Shown here piece by piece: positions 21,205 through 32,631 of a stretch of DNA of 64,000 bases (its first letter is position 1; every line of letters starts with the position of its first letter). The notes beneath the pieces were generated by a model. That model was not told the DNA's origin, did no database searches, and was given only the letters and a program-made list of their open reading frames with translations. Both the position numbers and the translations under genes were made by a program. Source of the DNA: an uncultured Chloroflexia bacterium (GTDB lineage Bacteria > Chloroflexota > Limnocylindria > Limnocylindrales > CSP1-4); assembly GCA_963833225.1 (NCBI GenBank), contig CAWHXD010000019.1, positions 256,001 to 320,000 on the forward strand, read 5' to 3'.

Positions 21205-21233
21205 TTGGGACGGCCGGCGGGTCGCCCTATGGT
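21205..21233 (+). promoter_or_regulatory. Candidate sigma70-type promoter for the riboswitch/peptide transcript
   Basis: TTGGGA-N17-TATGGT about 30 nt upstream of the riboswitch. Confidence 0.45.
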
Positions 21234-21264
21234 CGGCGCTGAGGCAAGCACCCTCCATCGAGGA

Positions 21265-21343
21265 CTCCGTCCAGGGCAAACCCGTCGCGAGGCGGGGACG
21301 CAAAGCCAGGGATCTTCTTCGGAAGAACGCCCGGTTGCCGGGG
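21265..21343 (+). ncRNA. c-di-GMP-I (GEMM-I) riboswitch
   Basis: GGGCAAACC-cgtc-GCGA-ggcg-GGGACGCAAAGCC...GGTTGCCG matches the GEMM-I consensus; GNRA loop on P2; P1 ctccg/cgggg; G at the G20-equivalent position favours c-di-GMP over c-GAMP. Confidence 0.9.
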
Positions 21344-21379
21344 CCGAGGTGCGGACACCCTGCTACAGGGAGTGACACT

Positions 21380-21469
21380 GTGAAGGCGAACCTGGCGCGC
21401 TTCACCTGGGCCGTTGCGCTGCTGGCATCGATGGCCCTGGCCATCGGCGCAGGGATGCGGTGGTACTAG
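21380..21469 (+). CDS. 29-aa signal-peptide-like small peptide MKANLARFTWAVALLASMALAIGAGMRWY
   Basis: GTG start 7 nt after AGGGAG; directly downstream of the riboswitch; basic N-region, hydrophobic core, GAGxRW tail. Below the ORF-track cutoff. Confidence 0.75.
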   Translation: MKANLARFTWAVALLASMALAIGAGMRWY

Positions 21470-21474
21470 TCGCC

Positions 21475-21570
21475 ATGGAGCCCATGCTCAAGGCGCAAGC
21501 CTTCCGCGTGCCCATGGTCGGAACCCCTCTCATCGCCACTCTCGCTCCGGAGGCGGGACAGCGCTGGTGA
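21475..21570 (+). CDS. Second small peptide MEPMLKAQAFRVPMVGTPLIATLAPEAGQRW (possible divergent paralog)
   Basis: Begins 5 nt after the first peptide; similar length and the same AG-x-RW C-terminus; alternative ATG at 21484. Confidence 0.5.
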   Translation: MEPMLKAQAFRVPMVGTPLIATLAPEAGQRW

Positions 21571-21844
21571 TCACCGGTCGGGCTTCTGCCCGGCCATCGC
21601 GAGAGGCCGTCGGGGAACCGACGGTCTTCGCCGTTAACGAGCGGCCTCGTGCAGCCACTGCCGGGGTCTCGGCAGGCGCCCCCTATCGGACCGTTGCGGC
21701 CCCGTGGTTGCGCCCGTGAGATCGTGCGGGTATTCTTCGCGGACCCGTCACGGGACGGGATCAACGGAGTCGGGTCGCTTGGACTTCTTCCAGGGTCGCA
21801 GCCGCAGCCGCGTTGCCATCGTCGTGACGGCCGATGGTCGCCGC

Positions 21845-21997
21845 GTGAACGTGCCCCTGCGCGACCTCGAATCCCAGGACGTAACCCCCCTCGCGCTTCT
21901 TCGCTCGCTCCTTGCCGGCCTTGAGAGCCTTGTCGGCCTCCTCATTACCGGCTCCCGGCGGGAGAACGGAGGGACGCGGAGGAGCGGTCGCCACTGA
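21845..21997 (+). CDS. Leu-rich leader peptide of the ilv-leu operon attenuator
   Basis: MNVPLRDLESQDVTPLALLRSLLAGLESLVGLLITG...; clustered Leu codons, five of them CTT (rare at this GC content), followed by a terminator hairpin before ilvB. Start uncertain. Confidence 0.6.
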   Translation: MNVPLRDLESQDVTPLALLRSLLAGLESLVGLLITGSRRENGGTRRSGRH

Positions 21998-22022
21998 GGC
22001 CGCTACCACCGAGAACCAACGG

Positions 22023-22050
22023 GACCCTCGCCGGGCGGCGAGGGTCTTTA
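22023..22050 (+). terminator. Attenuator terminator hairpin upstream of ilvB
   Basis: gaccctcgcc-gggc-ggcgagggtc perfect 10-bp stem followed by TTTA. Confidence 0.7.
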
Positions 22051-22096
22051 CATGTCCGGCGGTCGCGGGGCCGCCGGAGAAGGGACCTGAGCGGAC

Positions 22097-23962
22097 ATGA
22101 CGATCACCAAGGGCGAGCCGCCGGCCACCGGGGCGACGGAGGCGCCGCCGCGTCGCAGTCACGTGCCGGGTGACGGGACGGCGGGTGCGGCGGCGGTCGA
22201 GGATGCGCGCCGGGCCATGCTCCACGAGGTCCGGGGTCGCAAGCGGACCCGGATCGGCGCGGACGCCCTTATGGAGGCACTCATCCTCCAGGGGACGGAC
22301 ACCCTGTTCAGCTACCCGGGCGGCGTCATCCTGCCGATCTACGATGTCCTGGTCGACTACCCGCAGATCCGGCACATCCTCGTCCGCCACGAGCAGGGCG
22401 GGGGGCACGCCGCCGATGGCTACGCCCGCGCAAGCGGCAAGGTCGGCGTGTGCATGGGGACGAGCGGTCCCGGGGCCACCAACCTCGTCACGGCGATCGG
22501 CACCGCCCAGCTGGACTCGGTTCCGATCGTGGCGCTCACCGGCAACGTGCCCGGCGCGCTGATCGGGAAGGACGCGTTCCAGGAGATCGACATCACCGGC
22601 ATCACCCTGCCGATGACCAAGCACAACTACCTGGTCCGGAACGCGGACGACATCCCGCGGGTCGTCGCCGAGGCCTTCTACCTCGCCCGGACCGGCCGGC
22701 CGGGCCCCGTCCACATCGACTTCACCAAGGACGCCCTGCAGCAGGAGACGCGCGCCGAGCACCCCTCCCTCGACGAGGTGATCGCCGGTCTGCCGGGCTT
22801 CCGCCCCACCTTCGAGGGTCACCCCAAGCAGCTCAAGACCGCGGCCCGGGAGATCGCCCAGGCCAAGCGGCCGCTGATCCTCGCCGGGCACGGTGTCCTC
22901 ATCGCCGAGGCTTGGGACGAGCTCAAGGCGTTTGCGGAGAAGGCCCAGATCCCCGTCGCCTGGACCCTGCTCGGCATCGGCTGCATCGACGAGGAGCACC
23001 CGCTGGCCTACGGCTACATGGGCATGCACGGCTGGAAGCACGTCAACCGCGCCATCCAGGCGGCCGACCTGCTGATCGCGATCGGGATGCGCTTTGACGA
23101 CCGGGTCACCGGCAGCGTCAAGACCTACGCCCCCTACGCGCGGATCATCCACGCGGACATCGATCCGGCCGAGATCGGCAAGAACGTCGCCGTCGAGGTC
23201 CCCATCGTGGGCGACGCGAAGAACGTCCTCGCAGGCCTCACTCGGCTGGTCCACGCGGTGGAGCCCGAGGAGCGTTCCGAGTACCTGGCCCAGCTCCGGG
23301 CCTGGCGCGAGGAATCCGAGGCCAGCTCCTGGCACGGCTCGGGCGGCTCCGACAGCGGCGTGCTCACGGCGGACTACGTGGTGGGCCGGATCGGGGACCT
23401 CACGGACCATGTCGGCACCTACGTGGCCGACGTCGGCCAGAACCAGATGTGGCTGGCGCGCTATACGCGGTTCCGGCGGCCACACAGCCACATCAGCTCG
23501 GGCGGCCTGGGCACCATGGGCTACGCCGTGCCGGCCGCGATGGGCGCCGCGCTGGGCAATCCCGCGGCCGAGACTTGGGCCGTGTGCGGTGACGGCGGCT
23601 TCCAGATGACGAGCCAGGAGCTGATGACGCTGGCCGCGGACCGCATCCCGGTCAAGATCGCGCTCCTCGACAACAAGAAGCTGGGCATGATCCGCCAGTG
23701 GCAGGAGATCTTCTACGCGGAGAACTACCACTCCTCGCACCTGCCGGGCCCGGACTTTGCCAAGCTGGCCGACGCCTACGGGATCCCCGCCTTCAAGGCA
23801 ACCCGGACCGACGAGGTGGACGATGCCATCAGGGCCGCACAGGCCGTGGACGGTCCGGCGCTCATCTGGTTCGAGATCGAGCAGGAGCAGAACGTGTACC
23901 CGATCATGCCGGCGGGCAAGGGCCTGTCCGACCTGATCGAGCATCGGGGGCCCGAGGAATGA
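22097..23962 (+). CDS. ilvB: Acetolactate synthase large subunit
   Basis: YPGGVILP, RHEQGGGHAADGYARASG, TSGPGATN, GMHG, RFDDRVTG, GDGGFQMT, GMIRQWQ. Confidence 0.96.
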   Translation: MTITKGEPPATGATEAPPRRSHVPGDGTAGAAAVEDARRAMLHEVRGRKRTRIGADALMEALILQGTDTLFSYPGGVILPIYDVLVDYPQIRHILVRHEQGGGHAADGYARASGKVGVCMGTSGPGATNLVTAIGTAQLDSVPIVALTGNVPGALIGKDAFQEIDITGITLPMTKHNYLVRNADDIPRVVAEAFYLARTGRPGPVHIDFTKDALQQETRAEHPSLDEVIAGLPGFRPTFEGHPKQLKTAAREIAQAKRPLILAGHGVLIAEAWDELKAFAEKAQIPVAWTLLGIGCIDEEHPLAYGYMGMHGWKHVNRAIQAADLLIAIGMRFDDRVTGSVKTYAPYARIIHADIDPAEIGKNVAVEVPIVGDAKNVLAGLTRLVHAVEPEERSEYLAQLRAWREESEASSWHGSGGSDSGVLTADYVVGRIGDLTDHVGTYVADVGQNQMWLARYTRFRRPHSHISSGGLGTMGYAVPAAMGAALGNPAAETWAVCGDGGFQMTSQELMTLAADRIPVKIALLDNKKLGMIRQWQEIFYAENYHSSHLPGPDFAKLADAYGIPAFKATRTDEVDDAIRAAQAVDGPALIWFEIEQEQNVYPIMPAGKGLSDLIEHRGPEE

Positions 23963-24558
23963 GCACCGACCCGGCCACCCACGACCACCCGGCCTATACC
24001 GGCGTGCAGGAGACTCCGCCACCGGATCGGGCCGTTCCCGGCTCCGGCGAAGCGGCGCGTCACGTGCTCGTCGTGCTGGTCATGGACCGCCCCGGCGTCC
24101 TCAATCGCGTCGCCAGCCTGATGCGGGCACGCAACTTCAACATCGACTCGCTCGCCGTGTCGCGCACCGACAAGCCGCACATCAGCCGGATGACGCTCAC
24201 GCTCCACGGTGACGCGGTCGCCGTGGAGCAGGCGACCAAGCAGCTCTACCGGCTGGTGGACGTGCTCAAGGTCCAGGACGTCACCCGCGACCAGCTCGTG
24301 GAGCACGAGCTGGCCTTGATCAAGGTCCGCGCCACGGACGCGAACCGGGGCGAGGTCATCAAGGTCGCCGAGATGCGCAAGGGCGCCATCGTCGACATCT
24401 CCACCGAGTCCGTGATCGTCGAGGCGCATGGCACCGAGTCGGAGATCGACGCCCTGGTGGCGCTGCTCCGCTCGTACGGAATCAAGGAACTGGTCCGCAC
24501 TGGGGCGACCGTCATGCTCCGAGGCGCGGGCTCCATCGAGGAGGCAATCCGACTGTGA
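23959..24558 (+). CDS. ilvN: Acetolactate synthase regulatory subunit
   Basis: ACT domain DRPGVLNRVASLMRARNFNIDSLAV, KQLYRLVDVLKV, GIKELVRTG; ATGA overlap with ilvB. Confidence 0.93.
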   Translation: MSTDPATHDHPAYTGVQETPPPDRAVPGSGEAARHVLVVLVMDRPGVLNRVASLMRARNFNIDSLAVSRTDKPHISRMTLTLHGDAVAVEQATKQLYRLVDVLKVQDVTRDQLVEHELALIKVRATDANRGEVIKVAEMRKGAIVDISTESVIVEAHGTESEIDALVALLRSYGIKELVRTGATVMLRGAGSIEEAIRL

Positions 24559-24630
24559 ATCCTCCTGCCGAGGGCCCGCGGGAGCTTCACCTCGGCCGTC
24601 GGAGGACCCAGCGCCGAGTCAATCGTCTGA

Positions 24631-27340
<2,710 letters not shown>

Positions 27341-27344
<4 letters not shown>

Positions 27345-28477
27345 CGGAGGGCTCGGAGCCCGCGTTCCGCTACCGGGTCGCGCTGATCCCGGGAGACGGC
27401 GTGGGGCCCGAGGTCATCGACGCGACGGTCTCGGTCCTCGAGGCCGTCGGCGAGCGGTTCGGGTTCGGGTTCGCCTGGGACACGCTCGTGGTGGGCGGGG
27501 CCGGGATCGATGCGTACGGCATCGCCTGCCGGCCCGAGGACGTGGAAACGTGCCGCGAGGCCGACGCCGTGCTCCTGGGCGCGGTCGGCGGACCGAAGTG
27601 GGACAACCCGGACGCGACCGTGCGTCCGGAGCAGGCCCTGTTCGCCCTCCGCGGCGGACTCGAGCTGTTCGCCAACCTGCGCCCGATCACCGTCCACCAC
27701 CAGCTGATCGGCGCTTCGCCGCTCAAGCCGGAGCTGCTCGAGGGCGTGGACTGCCTGATCCTGCGCGAGCTCACCAGCGGCCTCTACTTCGGCAAGCCGT
27801 CCGAGCCGCGTGACACGGCAGATGGCCGGGCCGCCATCGACACGCTGTGGTACACGGAGGGCGAGATCCGGCGGATCGTCACCCTCGCCTTCGAGCTGGC
27901 GCGGACCCGCCGGCGCAAGGTGACCCAGGTCGACAAGGCAAACGTGCTGGCCACCAGCCGGCTGTGGCGCAAGGTGACCGACGAGGTCCACGCGGACTTC
28001 CCGGACGTCGAGCTGGAGCACCGGCTGGTGGACTCGGCCGCCATGACCCTTGCCCGCTGGCCGGCGGGCTTCGATGTCCTGGTGACCGAGAACCTGTTCG
28101 GCGACATCCTGTCCGACGAGGCGGCGGTGATCGCCGGCTCGCTCGGGATGCTGCCGTCGGCGTCGATCGGGACGCGGACCACCGCGCACGGCAGGCACGG
28201 CCTCTACGAGCCGATCCACGGCTCCGCGCCGGACATCGCGGGCCAGGACCTGGCCAACCCGTTGGGGACCATCCTGTCCGCCGCGATGATGTTGCGCTGG
28301 TCGCTGGGCCAGCCCGAGGCCGCCGTGGCGATCGAGACCGCGGTCGACGCGGCCCTGGACGCCGGCTACCGGACGAAGGACCTGCTGCCCGCCGCGGGCC
28401 ACCTCGACGCGACCGCGGTCACGCTCGTCGGAACGAAGGAGATGGCCAGGATCATCGGAGAGCGGATCGCGATTTGA
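27341..28477 (+). CDS. leuB: 3-isopropylmalate dehydrogenase
   Basis: IPGDGVGPEV, LGAVGGPKWD, RELTSGLYFG, DKANVL, NLFGDILSDEA, EPIHGSAPDIAG. Confidence 0.96.
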
Positions 28478-28565
28478 CGGCCGGTGCCCGCCGGCAGGCG
28501 GCGGGTGACCGGCCACGGCCACGTCGACGATCCCTCCCCGACACGCAGACAGGACGCCTCGAGCC

Positions 28566-30224
28566 ATGACCGACAGCCCCGTCATCCTCTACGACACCAC
28601 CCTCCGCGACGGCACCCAGGGCGAGAACATCACCCTCTCGCTGGCCGACAAGCTTCGCGTCTCGCGCATGCTCGACGAGTACGGCTTCCCGTTCATCGAG
28701 GGCGGCTGGCCGGGATCCAACCCCAAGGACATCGAGTTCTTCGCGGCCGCCCGCAAGCTCACCTGGCAGACCGCGAAGCTGGCCGCCTTCGGGAGCACCC
28801 GCCACAAGGCCAACAAGCCCGGTGACGACCCCAACCTGCGCGAGCTGGTCGCGGCCGAGACCCCGGTGGTCACGATCTTTGGCAAGAGCTGGCTGCTCCA
28901 TGTGACCGAGGTGCTGGGCGCGACGCCGGCCCAGAACCTGGACATGATCGCGGACTCGATCGGCTACATCGCCGACGCCGGGCGCGAGGCCGTCTACGAC
29001 GCCGAGCACTTCTTCGACGGGTACAAGGGGGACCGCGACTACGCCCTCGCCACCCTTCGCGCGGCGCGGGACGCCGGCGCCCGGACCCTGGTCCTGTGCG
29101 ACACCAATGGCGGCACCCTGACCGATGAGCTGGTCAGGATCCTGGCCGACGTCCGGAGCTCGCTGGAGGCGGATACCGGCGCTGCGGGGGTCACCTGGGG
29201 CATCCACACCCACAACGACGCGGAGCTTGCGGTCGCGAACTCCATCGCGGCGGTGCAGGCCGGCGTCCGCCACGTGCAGGCGACGATCAACGGCTATGGC
29301 GAGCGCTGCGGCAACGCCAATATGGTCTCCATCCTGGCCAACCTCGCGCTCAAGACGGAGAACCTGCTGACGCCGCCCGGCGGTGGCGACCTCGCCGCGC
29401 TCACCGACCTTTCGCGTTCCGTGGCCGAGATCGCCAACGTCAACCCCGACGACTACCAGCCCTACGTCGGGCGCTCCGCGTTCGCCCACAAGGGCGGCGT
29501 CCATGGCGCCGCCGTGGCCAAGGTCGAGCGCAGCTACCAGCACGTGGAACCGACCGCCGTCGGCAATGCCGGCCGCCTGGTCGTGAGCGAGCTCGGCGGT
29601 CGCGCCAACACCTCCATCCGGGCGCGCCAGCTGGGCCACGAGCTCGAGGGCGTCATCGATGCACGCGAGCTGAGCAAGCTCATCAAGCGGCTCGAGAACG
29701 AGGGCCAGGCCTTCGAGGGCGCCGAGGCCTCCTTCGAGCTGCTCATCCGCCGCAACTCGCCCGGCTACCAGCCGCCGTTCCGGGTGGTGGACTACACCTG
29801 CCTCGTGGAGCAGCGGTCCGGCCACGAGCTTCTCGCGGAGGCCACCGTCAAGGTCGAGGTCGCCGGTGAGGTCCTGCACACGGCCGCCGACGGCAACGGT
29901 CCGGTCAACGCGCTCGACGGGGCCCTGCGCAAGGCGCTCGGTGCGTTCTACCCACAGCTGGACAGCGTCCACCTGGTCGACTACAAGGTACGCATCCTCG
30001 ATGGCGCGACCGCCACGGCGGCGCGAACACGCGTCATCATCGACTCGCAGGACGGCTCGCAGACCTGGAGCACGATGGGCAGCGACACCAACATCATCGC
30101 CGCATCCGCGCAGGCGCTCGCCGACTCCCTGGAGTTCGCGATCTGGAAGTCGGGCGCGTCCGTGGAGCGTCGTGGCGAGCGACATTTCACGACCGTGAAC
30201 GGGTCGTCGGGAGGTCCGCGATGA
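28566..30224 (+). CDS. cimA: Citramalate synthase
   Basis: YDTTLRDGTQGE, EGGWPGSNPKD, IFGKSW, DAEHFFDGYK, AFAHKGGVH, FEGAEASFELL, DYKVRIL signatures of bacterial CimA. Confidence 0.9.
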   Translation: MTDSPVILYDTTLRDGTQGENITLSLADKLRVSRMLDEYGFPFIEGGWPGSNPKDIEFFAAARKLTWQTAKLAAFGSTRHKANKPGDDPNLRELVAAETPVVTIFGKSWLLHVTEVLGATPAQNLDMIADSIGYIADAGREAVYDAEHFFDGYKGDRDYALATLRAARDAGARTLVLCDTNGGTLTDELVRILADVRSSLEADTGAAGVTWGIHTHNDAELAVANSIAAVQAGVRHVQATINGYGERCGNANMVSILANLALKTENLLTPPGGGDLAALTDLSRSVAEIANVNPDDYQPYVGRSAFAHKGGVHGAAVAKVERSYQHVEPTAVGNAGRLVVSELGGRANTSIRARQLGHELEGVIDARELSKLIKRLENEGQAFEGAEASFELLIRRNSPGYQPPFRVVDYTCLVEQRSGHELLAEATVKVEVAGEVLHTAADGNGPVNALDGALRKALGAFYPQLDSVHLVDYKVRILDGATATAARTRVIIDSQDGSQTWSTMGSDTNIIAASAQALADSLEFAIWKSGASVERRGERHFTTVNGSSGGPR

Positions 30225-30757
30225 GCGCCGTCCGCCTTGACCGCTGGACCGTCACGTCGGGGAGCAACGTCAACAGCCGGGCCGCGGTCGTGATCCGCGG
30301 CGCCGACCACGACTGGAAGGCGTCCGCCGAGGGCAACGGGCCGGTTGACGCGCTGTACCGGGCCGTGGACCGGGCGCTCGCCGACGTCCTGGGCGGCGAC
30401 CACCCGCAGCTGCTTGCCTACGATGTCCACGCGCTTGCGGAGGGTCCCGCCGCCGAGGGCCGGGTCACGGTGGTCATCGGGCCGCCCGCAACCGCTGCCG
30501 CCGAACGGACGGCGGGCCGCTTCACGGGCGAGGTGACCGGGACCAACACGATCGCCGCCTCCGTGGAGGCGTATCTCCAGGCGGTCAACGAGATGCTCGG
30601 ATCGGACGCGTGGTCCGGCGTGACCGAGTCCGCCGCCGAGGCGGCGGCGGCCCGCCGGGCACGGCGCCGGGGCGGTGAATCGCCAGCCGGCGACGTGGCG
30701 GCCGAGTTCGACGACGACGCCAGGCCCATCGACACGACGGAGTGGTTCAACCGGTAA
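30221..30757 (+). CDS. Stand-alone LeuA/CimA-type allosteric (regulatory) domain protein
   Basis: ASAEGNGPVDALYRAVDRAL...LLAYDVHA...GTNTIAASVEAYLQAVN parallels the C-termini of LeuA and CimA in this window; no catalytic domain. Confidence 0.8.
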   Translation: MSAVRLDRWTVTSGSNVNSRAAVVIRGADHDWKASAEGNGPVDALYRAVDRALADVLGGDHPQLLAYDVHALAEGPAAEGRVTVVIGPPATAAAERTAGRFTGEVTGTNTIAASVEAYLQAVNEMLGSDAWSGVTESAAEAAAARRARRRGGESPAGDVAAEFDDDARPIDTTEWFNR

Positions 30758-31611
30758 CGGGCGGGGACCCGATCTCGTCGGCCCCCGCCCTGGCCCCCGC
30801 CATCGACGCCGAGGCGTTCAACGCGTTCGAGGCGGCCGGCTGGGAGGAGCGCGCGGGCTCGTACGGCTTCCTGTCGCCGATGACCCGGCGGGTTGGTGGC
30901 ACCGTGCTGGCGGCGGCAATGGTCACCGAGGGCACGGAGGTCCTCGACGTCGGGTCGGGCCCTGGCGACCTGGCGGCGGAAGCGGCCGAGCTGGGCGCGG
31001 ACACCGTGGGCATCGACGTCGCGCCCTCGATGGTCCGACGGGCGGCGCTCGCCAACCCGTCGATCCCGTTCCGCGTCGGCTCATTCGAGGCGATCCCCGC
31101 CGGCGAAGGCGCCTTCGACGCGGTGGTGGGCAACTTCGTGTTCAACCACGTGGGACGGCCCGACGTGGCGCTTGGCGAGGCGCGCCGTGTCCTGCGCCCG
31201 GGTGGCTGGCTGGCGCTGTCCTCGTGGGAGGAGCCACGGCGCAACCGGCTGCTCGGGCTGCTCGTGGACGCGGCCGACACCGCCGGTGCGCCGCCCCCGG
31301 CCGGTCTGCCGCCGGGGCCGACCAACTTCCGGACGGACGACGAGCTGCGGTCGCTGTTCGAGGCCGCCGGGTTCGTCGACGTCGGCATCAGCCACATCCT
31401 GTTCGAGGCGGCCGTCCCTGACGCCGACACCCTGTGGCACGGGGTCATCGACTCCGCGGTGCGCGTGCGGCCGCTGGTGACCGGGCAGCCGCTCGACGTC
31501 CAGGCGGCCATCCGGGCCCGGTTCGATGACCTGGCCGGCGTCCATCGGCGCGCCGACGGGACGCTCGCGATCCCGGTTGCGGTCCAGGTCACGCGCGGCC
31601 GCCGCCCGTGA
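30742..31611 (+). CDS. Class I SAM-dependent methyltransferase
   Basis: VLDVGSGPG, GIDVAPSMV, FDAVVGNF, RVLRPGGWL. Confidence 0.85.
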   Translation: MVQPVTGGDPISSAPALAPAIDAEAFNAFEAAGWEERAGSYGFLSPMTRRVGGTVLAAAMVTEGTEVLDVGSGPGDLAAEAAELGADTVGIDVAPSMVRRAALANPSIPFRVGSFEAIPAGEGAFDAVVGNFVFNHVGRPDVALGEARRVLRPGGWLALSSWEEPRRNRLLGLLVDAADTAGAPPPAGLPPGPTNFRTDDELRSLFEAAGFVDVGISHILFEAAVPDADTLWHGVIDSAVRVRPLVTGQPLDVQAAIRARFDDLAGVHRRADGTLAIPVAVQVTRGRRP

Positions 31612-32493
31612 GCGATCCTGTGTCCATGCCGATGCGCGTCGCGTACACGGGGGAGCCGGGAGCCTTCGCCGAGGAGGCCGTGCTGCGGTTCTTCGCGTCG
31701 CCCGCGGCCGTGCCCCTGTCCTCGTTCCGGGCCGTGTTCGAAGCCGTGCGCTCCGGGTCCGCCGCGGCCGGGGTGGTGCCCGTCGAGTCGTCGCTGCTGG
31801 GGACCATCCGGGAGAACCTCGATCTGCTCTGGGAGTTCGACCTGCCGATCGTGGGCGAGGTCAGCGTGCCGGTCCGGCTCGCGCTGCTGGCGCGGCCCGG
31901 GGAGACGCTCGAGACCATCACCCGTGTCTACTCCATCACCGCGGCGCTCGCCCAGGCCGACGAGTTCCTGCGGTCCCGGCCGTGGACCGTCCAGACCTCG
32001 TACAACACCGCGGGCGCGGCGAAGCAGGTCGCCGAGGCGGAGGAGCGGGGCGCGGCGGCGGTCGCGTCCTCCCGCGGTCGCGTCCATCTACGGCCTCGAG
32101 ATCCTTGCCGACGACATCCAGTCCGGGACCGACAACCGGACCCGGTTCGCGGTGATCACGCGGCCCGGTGACGACGCCGCGCGCGCGGTGCTCGACGCGG
32201 CCGCCCCCTAGGCCGTTGCCGGCTCGCCCCGGACCTCGCTCGCCTTCGCCGTGCGCAACGTGCCCGGATCGCTCTATCGCTCGCTGGGCGCCTTCGCCAC
32301 CCGCGGGCTCAACCTGACCCGGCTCGAGAGCCGCCCCTGGGTCAAGGCCGGCACGCGCTGGGAGTACCTGTTCTGGGTCGACCTCGACGGGGACCCCACC
32401 GATGCCGCCTGCGCCGAGGCCCTCGAGGAGCTGCGCGGCGAGACCGAGCTGGCCCGGATCCTGGGCACCTACCCGAGGGCGCCCGAGGACTGA
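31608..32493 (+). CDS. pheA: Prephenate dehydratase (frameshift near 32075 and in-frame TAG at 32209-32211)
   Basis: VAYTGEPGAFAEEA, VVPVESS..GTI, NTAGAA, DNRTRF; ACT domain NVPGSLYRSLGAFATRGLNLTRLESRP...WEYLFWVD...LGTYP. Confidence 0.85.
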
Positions 32494-32631
32494 TCCCGGC
32501 GGCCGGCGGATCCAGCGGGGCCGGGCCGCAACGAGCGGATGCTGCGCGGCGACCATCGCGGCAGGTGCGATCATTGGGCGGACGGTCGCCAGCGAACCGG
32601 CGGCCGGGCTCGCACGCACAGGGAGGAGCAC

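Noticed and set aside
24560-24607. Hairpin between ilvN and ilvC as terminator or riboswitch
   Set aside because: Imperfect stem with no U tract or aptamer motif; at most an mRNA-stability element.
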